Shown: positions 23,424 to 32,000 of the stretch, in pieces | Layout: the number at the start of each line of letters is the position of its first letter | Position numbering within the stretch: position 1 is the stretch's first letter | Origin: Pseudomonadales bacterium | GTDB taxonomy: Bacteria > Pseudomonadota > Gammaproteobacteria > Pseudomonadales > Ketobacteraceae | Length of the DNA: 32,000 bases | Assembly (NCBI GenBank): GCA_002708905.1 | Contig: PAPM01000022.1 | Coordinates: 7,969 to 39,968, forward strand | Reading direction: 5' to 3' | Position numbers and translations under genes: made by a program | Notes under the pieces: model-generated | Database searches by the model: none | What the model saw: the letters and a program-made list of their open reading frames with translations, nothing else | What the model was told of the DNA's origin: nothing

Positions 23424-23483
23424 GTTGTGGGATGCAAATAAAGGTTCATCCGTATAAATAAAGTATCGTCCGTATAAATAAAG
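23424..23483 (+). repeat. Three 20-bp-period repeats at the Tn7-like right end, candidate TnsB-binding sites
   Basis: GTTGTGGGATGCAAATAAAG / GTTCATCCGTATAAATAAAG / TATCGTCCGTATAAATAAAG, sharing AAATAAAG (AATAAAG-like core as in Tn7 TnsB sites). Confidence 0.75.
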
Positions 23484-23545
23484 TTTCATTCTGAGCCTGC
23501 ATCCGCTATGTTGAGGTCATCGACACAGCGGGGGCAGGCTTTCTC

Positions 23546-24373
23546 ATGTCTGGAACATTCAAGGGGCTGACCCAGGCCCAGATCGATAGAAGGCTCAAGG
23601 ACGGGCGTGGCCAAGGCCAGGGATCAGACTACAAGCCGTTCATCTACACCAGGGACGTGTCCTCGCTGGGTCGCTCCCACCGCCTGCCTGGCAGCAAGAC
23701 CCGGCGTTTACACCATCTTCTATCCGATCTTGAACTGGCCATCTTCCTGACCTTGGATCGGTCTCCCCATGTCACCGATATCCGTGAACAGTTTCCGATG
23801 CGGGTCGAAGATACGGTGCGCATCGCCGAGGAGCTTGGCCTGCCCCACGGTTGTTACAAGGGTACCCCGCAGGTACTGACCAGCGACTTTCTGGTGGATT
23901 TCGAAGATCCTCAGCGCCCGAGCATCGCGATTCAGGCCAAGTACAGTACCGACCTGCAGAAGCCTGAAGTTATCGAGAGGCTTGAGCTTGAAAGGCGCTA
24001 CTGGCAGGAAAAAGGTATTCCCTGGGTCATCGTCACTGAGCGCGAGGTATCCAAGGTGGCATTTGCCAATATCCAATGGCTCTATCCTGCCCATGCTGAA
24101 GGCGACATCGCTCAGGACGATCTCGCCCATTACCAGCAGCTGTTTCTGCTCGAGTTTCAGCGTCACCCAGACCGGAAGCTGACCGCTATTGCCCAAGGAC
24201 TGGATACCTACGGCCAGCTGGAGGCCGGTCAGGCGCTCTATTGGCTACGCCAGTTGCTGGCCCGGCACTGTTTCCTTTTCGATCTTGACACTCCTTACCG
24301 GGAGCTGAAGCCGAAAGACCTGGTTGCCAACTCTCATCAAATGCATCAGGAGCTGAGCAGTGTTGCCCGTTAA
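23546..24373 (+). CDS. tnsA: Tn7-like transposase endonuclease subunit TnsA
   Basis: Restriction-endonuclease-like catalytic pattern: LELAIFLTLDR, SDFLVDFED, AIQAKYS; location immediately inside the right end and upstream of tnsB. Confidence 0.95.
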   Translation: MSGTFKGLTQAQIDRRLKDGRGQGQGSDYKPFIYTRDVSSLGRSHRLPGSKTRRLHHLLSDLELAIFLTLDRSPHVTDIREQFPMRVEDTVRIAEELGLPHGCYKGTPQVLTSDFLVDFEDPQRPSIAIQAKYSTDLQKPEVIERLELERRYWQEKGIPWVIVTEREVSKVAFANIQWLYPAHAEGDIAQDDLAHYQQLFLLEFQRHPDRKLTAIAQGLDTYGQLEAGQALYWLRQLLARHCFLFDLDTPYRELKPKDLVANSHQMHQELSSVAR

Positions 24374-26447
24374 TCAGGTGTTCCGGATGGGGGAACTGCG
24401 AAAGCGCCTGCTTTGGTCCGGTACCGAGCAGGCAATCTGGATCGATATCGATTCGGACACGGCGTTGCCCGAACCGATATCGATTGTAGAGCTGGAGCGT
24501 CTGATCATGGAGCGGGAGCTGGAGAGCATTGCCGATCCCTTCGAGGAAACAGTCCTACGGGAGGTTGAGGAAGGTTCCCTTGATCAGCAGAAGCGTGATG
24601 AAGCTTGGGGAATGCTGGCGGATTTTGTGCACGACCCCCAGCTTTTCGTGCGGCGCCCCAGAGGGCTCATTGTCAGAGGCATCATGGAGCGCCATGGTGT
24701 CACCAATCAGACGGTGTATAGGTTACTGAGGCGCTACTGGCAGCGAGGCATGTGCAGGAATGCCCTCTTGCCGGACTATGTCAACTCGGGCGCCCGTGGC
24801 AAGCGCAGAAAGCCGAACCAGGCCAAGCTGGGCAGGCCCAGAGTGGTGATGGAGGGGAAAGGGAGCAATGTCACGCCGGACATCGAGCGCATTTTTCGCC
24901 GGGTCATCGAGGAACGTTTGCTCAAGGAAAAACATCCGTCCATTCCTGATGCCTACGCCGCCGGGCTGAATCTGCTCCGTGCTGTTCTGACGGAGCTGCC
25001 GACCTTCGAACTGCCTACATTGGGGCAGTTCCGTTACTTCTATGGGCGCGAATATCACTTCACCGACACCTTGCCATGCAGGGTGTCCGCAGTGGATTTT
25101 GCCAAGGACTTCCGACCGCTCAGCAGTACATCGACGACCGAGGCACTGGGGCCCGGATACCGCTACCAGATCGATGCCACCATCGCCGATATCTATCTGG
25201 TTTCAGAACATGATCGCAGCCTTATCGTCGGCAGGCCTGTCGTTTACATGGTGATCGACGTGTTCAGCCGCATGGTCGTTGGTATGTACGTCGGATTCGA
25301 GGGACCTTCCTGGGTCAGTGCCATGGTGGCATTGGCCAGCACGGTCGCCGACAAGGTTGAGTATTGCCGCCAGTATAGCGTGGAGATCGATGCCAGCGAC
25401 TGGCCGGTCAAAGGCTTGCCGGATGTGGTGCTGGCCGATAAGGGCGAACTGAATGGCACCAAGGTGGAAGCATTTTCCCAAGCCTTCGGCGTTCGCATCG
25501 AGAATGCACCGGCCAGGCGAGGAGATGCCAAGGGGATCGTCGAGCGTTATTTCCGGACGGTGCAGGAGCGTTTCAAGCCCTATGCCAGCGGTGTGGTCGA
25601 GGACACCACCAGCCGGAAGCGGGGTGGCCACGACTACAGACTTGATGCCAGTCTGACCTTGCCCGAGTTCACCCAGATCATCATTGCCGGCATCCTCTAC
25701 CACAACAACTTTCATACCTTGAGCAAATACGACAGAACCTCTGGTATGCCGGGCGATCTGCCAGCCATCCCGGTCATGCTGTGGAACTGGGGCTTGGCCA
25801 ACTTGACCGGCCGGTTACGTACTGCGCCCGAGGAGCTGGTGCGGATAAATCTCTTGCCCCATGAGTCGGCCACGGTTTCGGAGCTGGGAATCAGGCTGTT
25901 CGGCTGCTTCTACACCTGCCAGGAAGCAATCAGGGAGGGTTGGTTTCACCGAGGCCAGGGGCGCCGGCCGACAGGGGTAACGGTCGCATACGATCCGCGT
26001 AGCGCCGACCACATCTACCTGCGGCCGTCCAATAGTCTCAAGGACTACTGGGTTTGCGATCTTGCCGACCGCAGTCGACGCTTCAGGGGGATGACCTTCT
26101 GGGATGTCTGGCTGCTGTCCAGAGAGGAACGGCGTAGCGATACCAACGCGGCGGCGGAAGCTTTGGTAGAGAGAGGCAATCTTCTGAAGCAGATCGAGTC
26201 CATCGTTGCCCAGGCAGAGGATGCCAGTCCGGTCAAAACGGGTATGACCACGAAGGATCTGGGAACCCAGATCCGCGAGAACAAGCAGCAGGAAAAGCGC
26301 CAGGAACGCCAGAAAACAGCATTCAAACCGGATAAAGCACAGCAGGAAAAGCCAGCCGAGGTGATCCCACTGCGGGGCGAGAAGCAGGAAGATTATGCCT
26401 TCCCAGATCTCAGTGACCTGATATTCAAGGAGGAAGAGGATGACTGA
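24360..26447 (+). CDS. tnsB: Tn7-like DDE transposase TnsB
   Basis: RNase H-fold DDE pattern: YQIDATIADIYLVSE, VVLADKGELNG, RRGDAKGIVERYFRTVQERF; 14-nt overlap with tnsA (start codon choice uncertain). Confidence 0.96.
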   Translation: MLPVNQVFRMGELRKRLLWSGTEQAIWIDIDSDTALPEPISIVELERLIMERELESIADPFEETVLREVEEGSLDQQKRDEAWGMLADFVHDPQLFVRRPRGLIVRGIMERHGVTNQTVYRLLRRYWQRGMCRNALLPDYVNSGARGKRRKPNQAKLGRPRVVMEGKGSNVTPDIERIFRRVIEERLLKEKHPSIPDAYAAGLNLLRAVLTELPTFELPTLGQFRYFYGREYHFTDTLPCRVSAVDFAKDFRPLSSTSTTEALGPGYRYQIDATIADIYLVSEHDRSLIVGRPVVYMVIDVFSRMVVGMYVGFEGPSWVSAMVALASTVADKVEYCRQYSVEIDASDWPVKGLPDVVLADKGELNGTKVEAFSQAFGVRIENAPARRGDAKGIVERYFRTVQERFKPYASGVVEDTTSRKRGGHDYRLDASLTLPEFTQIIIAGILYHNNFHTLSKYDRTSGMPGDLPAIPVMLWNWGLANLTGRLRTAPEELVRINLLPHESATVSELGIRLFGCFYTCQEAIREGWFHRGQGRRPTGVTVAYDPRSADHIYLRPSNSLKDYWVCDLADRSRRFRGMTFWDVWLLSREERRSDTNAAAEALVERGNLLKQIESIVAQAEDASPVKTGMTTKDLGTQIRENKQQEKRQERQKTAFKPDKAQQEKPAEVIPLRGEKQEDYAFPDLSDLIFKEEEDD

Positions 26448-28050
26448 AGAATTCCAGCGCGGAGTCATTCCCCTGGCGCGTTACCAGGAGCAGCAGCTTC
26501 CCGAGTATCAGGACAATCCGCTCATCAGCGCATTGCCTCCGATTCCTGATCTGCAGGAGGTGGTCGATCTATTGCAGCAGCTTCCCGGTTTCGAGCCGCA
26601 GGAGGCGCTTCTGGATGGTCGACTCAGGGCACATGCGATTGCCCGCCTGTTGCACGGCTTCTTCCAGCCGCTGAGCCATCACTTGGAGCTGGAGAGCAAG
26701 ATCAGCCTGATGATCCGTCAAGGGTACATCGGTCGGAATCCGGCCAGCGGTGCCTGGTATGCGCACCTGCAGAATGGCTATCGCCGTGTCGAGGAGGAGG
26801 ATCTGGATGCGGCGGTGTACCAGAGTGTCTCCTCTACGGCCAACAGCCTGTCGCTGTTCGGCTGCTCCGGTTGCGGCAAGACGCGCACGCTGGAGCGGAT
26901 TCTGGGCATGTACCCCCAAGCTCTCCATCACCCTGATTACAACATCACCCAACTGGTCTACCTGAAGATCGACTGCCCAATTGACGGTGACTTGGATGAG
27001 CTGTGCCTGAGCTTCTTCAACGAAGTAGACAAGATCCTGGGTACCCACTACAGCCGTAGCCACGGACGCAAGAAGCTGGGTACCAAACGTCTGCTGGCAT
27101 CCATGTGCCAGGTGGCCAATCTGCACACGCTCGGAGTGCTGATCATCGACGAGGTTCAGAACCTCAACGAGGCACGCTCCGGTGGTGCCGAAAAAATGCA
27201 CAATTTCTTCGTGTCGCTGGTGAACACCATCGGTGTTCCGATCATTCAGGTCGGCACCCACCGGGCCAGCAAATTCTTCCAGCGCACGTTCCGGGCTGCT
27301 CGGCGGGTCTCCGGGTTGGGCAGCATCCGCTGGGATAGGTTGCCTCGGGACGAGCATTGGAAGCGTCTGTTGAAGCGGCTTTGGAAGTATCAGTGGCTGC
27401 GAAATGCGGCGCCGCTGGATGATGAACTGGAGGCTACGATGTACGACCTCACCCAAGGGGTCATGGACATCGTCATCAAGCTGTTCGCGCTGGCGCAGAT
27501 CCGGGCGATAGTGACAGGTGTCGAGTGCATTAAGCCGCTGTTGCTGCGCAGGGTTTTCGAGGACGAGTTCAAACCGGTCCATCCGATGCTGGCGGCCTTG
27601 CGGAGCGGTAGGCCCGAGCTGATCGCCAAATATGACGACCTGCTGATGCCAGAGATCGAGGGACGGTTGCTGACCCTGACTCGCTCTCTGGATAGCGTCC
27701 CCCAACCTAAACCACCGGCCCCTCCGGCTGATGACAAGGCAAAGCGGTTGGCCGCCCTGCTCGAAGGTATGGAAATCCCGAGGGACATCGCCATTCCCAT
27801 GGCCGATGAATTGTTGGCGGAGAATCCGGACATCCCGCTGGCGGCCCTGATTCACAAGGCCACGGCCTACCTCGCGCAGGACGCTCCCAAGAGGCCCGGC
27901 ATTTCCAGAGTTAAGCGGACGGAGTGGGGGTGCCTATCCGAGGAGGATCTGCGCCGACGTTATGCCGATGGGCCTGAAAGCGAGGCCTATGACAGATTCA
28001 AGCAGGCTGGCTTGATCCTCGATCTGCGGCCTCTGCTGAGAGCGAGCTGA
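26440..28050 (+). CDS. tnsC: Tn7-like AAA+ target-selection regulator TnsC
   Basis: Walker A GCSGCGKTRTLERIL, Walker B TLGVLIIDEVQNL, and VNTIGVPIIQVGTHRASKFFQRTFRAARR. Confidence 0.96.
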   Translation: MTEEFQRGVIPLARYQEQQLPEYQDNPLISALPPIPDLQEVVDLLQQLPGFEPQEALLDGRLRAHAIARLLHGFFQPLSHHLELESKISLMIRQGYIGRNPASGAWYAHLQNGYRRVEEEDLDAAVYQSVSSTANSLSLFGCSGCGKTRTLERILGMYPQALHHPDYNITQLVYLKIDCPIDGDLDELCLSFFNEVDKILGTHYSRSHGRKKLGTKRLLASMCQVANLHTLGVLIIDEVQNLNEARSGGAEKMHNFFVSLVNTIGVPIIQVGTHRASKFFQRTFRAARRVSGLGSIRWDRLPRDEHWKRLLKRLWKYQWLRNAAPLDDELEATMYDLTQGVMDIVIKLFALAQIRAIVTGVECIKPLLLRRVFEDEFKPVHPMLAALRSGRPELIAKYDDLLMPEIEGRLLTLTRSLDSVPQPKPPAPPADDKAKRLAALLEGMEIPRDIAIPMADELLAENPDIPLAALIHKATAYLAQDAPKRPGISRVKRTEWGCLSEEDLRRRYADGPESEAYDRFKQAGLILDLRPLLRAS

Positions 28051-28051
28051 C

Positions 28052-29546
28052 ATGTACTTCCCCAGGCTCTACCCGGACGAACTGCTTTACAGCGGTATTG
28101 CCCGGTGCCGGGTACATCTGGGGATAGGCAGCCACAAGACCTTGCTGCACATGCTTTTCGGTGACAGCAAGGTTGCCGCGATCACCGATCTGCCCACACA
28201 CCTGACTGCGTTGGCGAACAACACGGGCTTGGATGCGGAAGGCATGATCCTGAATCACACGCTGTTCCCGCTCTATGCCCCTTTCATTCCGCCGGAGCGC
28301 CGTACCGATCTTTTTCAGGCCATGCTTGCTCCCGACCGGCCGACGATTGGTCTGTCTGGGGCCTCGACGGCCTTGGTCAAGTGGCCCGATTGGCTGCGTT
28401 ACTGCCCGATCTGCTTTGAAGATATGGCTGCGCGCTACGGTGAACCCTACTGGCGGCGTAGCTGGCAGATTCAAGGGATAGATGCCTGTCCCGAGCATGG
28501 CTGTCAGCTCCTGAACTCACCTATCCCGTTCCGTCGAGCGCAGCGGCACGAGTTTCATACAGCCTCTCCACTGTTTCTGCCCCGTGATCTTCGCGTGAGT
28601 CCCGTGGGCGAAGAGGCTATCAGGCTCGCCAAGGCTGCTATGCAGCTGCTGGCGCTCGAAGAGGTGCAATCGCCTGGCTACGGACGCTGGACCAACCTGT
28701 ACCGGTACCTGGCTACAGAGTGCGGCGCCAGGCGAGGCCGGCAGGTCAGGGCTGAAGTCATCTGGGAGAAGATCCTGGCATCCCATCAAAGGGATTGGCT
28801 TGCTGCGAACGGTCTGCTGACATCCGGAGAGCCTCCACCTTGGCTGTTGGCGATGTTCAGGAAGCATCGCAAGGGATTCAGTGCGCTGCAGCATCTGATC
28901 GTCTGGACCAGCCTGCGCCCTGGCCAGCATGCTGGCGAGCTGATCAGCGAGGCGAAGACTCGCCAGGTCGACCTTGCCTCCGAGCGGTCAGTGCAGCTGC
29001 TCCCTGCTGAGTTTGAGCAAAAGCAGCAGTACCGAGCCATTTGGCTGCAAGCACTGGCTAATCACGGTGGAGCCAAGGCAGCCAGGCAAGACGGAGCAGG
29101 GGCATGTTACGCCTGGCTCTATCGTCATGACCGACACTGGCTGATGGTTGCGAACCAGGTCAGGCAGCGCCGACAGGGCAACAACAGCCACATCGACTGG
29201 CGAGCGCGTGACATAAGGTTGGTGCGCCTGCTGATCCGGATTGGTAGAGGTAGCGAAGAAGACCTGGGCCTTCCGCGCAGGAGTCGCAACTGGTTCCTGC
29301 AGCAGCTACCCCATCGGGCATCAGTCGAGCACCGTCTCGATCAATTGCCTCTTTGCTGCACCTTCCTGGATCGCTATGCCGAGTCCGTCGGCGAGTATCA
29401 GATCCGTCGCCTGACTGCAGCGATGCTGAAGGATGTACAGACAGGCATAACGTCTAGGCGCTGGGAGCTGGAAAAGCGTTGTGGATTGGAAAAAAGCAGG
29501 GTGGCACCACTGACCACTGCGTTCATTCGATTGATAGGAAGATGGA

Positions 29547-29554
<8 letters not shown>
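28052..29554 (+). CDS. tnsD: TniQ/TnsD-family target-site selection protein, predicted TnsD
   Basis: N-terminal YFPRLYPDELLYSGIARCRVHLG, zinc-finger pattern CPICFEDMAARYGEPYWRRSWQIQGIDACPEHG; 500 aa, insertion at attTn7. Confidence 0.92.
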
Positions 29555-31389
<1,835 letters not shown>

Positions 31390-31622
31390 TAACCGTCCGG
31401 GCATCCCGGCTGGCTTGACCCCGCCAAGCTAAGAGATGGTGGCAGTTCGTGGATGCCGTTTCCCGGGTGCACGCGATCCGAGACCACGCGATCAAGCAGG
31501 AAAACGAGCACCTGGGCTTGCCTGACTGACCGCAGGCCGGCGACGACAAGGTGGAAAAGTTCGGCGTGTGGCTCTGGCGGCAACGATCCCGCGAAGGGCG
31601 GACGGTGCTTGAGCTGTTGAAC

Positions 31623-32000
31623 GTAAGCGTGCGGGCAAACCGTCTTGCGCGACTATGCCGGATGCCACCTATGCGGCAGCAGCTCTGCAATCTCACTCGC
31701 CCGCTGCGTCGGCAACCGTGTCAGCACATCCTTGAGATAGGCATACGGATCGTGCCCATTATTACGGGCCGACTGGATCAAACTCATGATCGCAGCAGCG
31801 CACTTGAGCATGCGATCCCGCGCCGAGCATTTGAGAAGGCAACGGGATGAACGCTGGCTGGATAGCCGTGGTTTTCTGGGTATGCAGCCGAATCCATTTG
31901 TGGACGAGGTTGGCATTGAGGCTGTAGCCCAAGGCGATGTTTGCGATGGAGGCACCGGGTTCAGAACACTCCTGAATGACCTGGGCCTTGAAAGATTTGC
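31623..32000 (-). mobile_element. IS66-family element remnant: tnpC 3' end joined to tnpA-like 5' part (continues off the window end)
   Basis: The minus strand encodes AAAIMSLIQSARNNGHDPYAYLKDVLTRLPTQRASEIAELLPHRWHPA* (31653-) and, in another frame, KSFKAQVIQECSEPGASIANIALGYSLNANLVHKWIRLHTQ...AFIPLPSQ from 32000 downward. GTAAGCGTGCGGGCAAACCGTC at 31623 resembles IS66-family terminal repeats. Confidence 0.8.

Noticed and set aside
26569-27855. Minus-strand 428-aa ORF inside tnsC
   Set aside because: Shadow ORF of the TnsC coding sequence, no family signature.

Overview
The window reads as a gammaproteobacterial chromosome segment in three parts. (1) Positions 1-6.6 kb are accessory or rearranged: the 3' end of a modular polyketide synthase whose last carrier domain is fused to a left-handed beta-helix (hexapeptide) acyltransferase-like domain, an exported alginate-lyase-like protein, a methyl-accepting chemotaxis protein and a CocE/NonD-type lipoprotein hydrolase. 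(2) Positions 6.7-23.4 kb are a largely conserved core block: mnmG, rsmG, parA, parB, atpIBEFHAGDC, glmU, glmS. It is interrupted between mnmG and rsmG by about 1.5 kb holding small membrane-protein ORFs and a diverged partial second copy of the mnmG promoter, leader and first 18 codons. (3) From about 23.4 kb to the window end is a Tn7-like transposon in the standard attTn7 position downstream of glmS. It has a candidate right end with three 20-bp-period repeats, then tnsA-tnsB-tnsC-tnsD-tnsE. After tnsE come IS debris: an IstB fragment and an IS66-family element in which tnpA-like sequence is joined to the tnpC 3' end. The transposon's far end and most cargo lie outside the window. I found no CRISPR array, tRNA or rRNA. 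The observations I rate highest are the carrier protein-LbH acyltransferase fusion and the mosaic mnmG-rsmG spacer. The Tn7-like element looks canonical in organisation. I cannot claim a wholly new system from this window.
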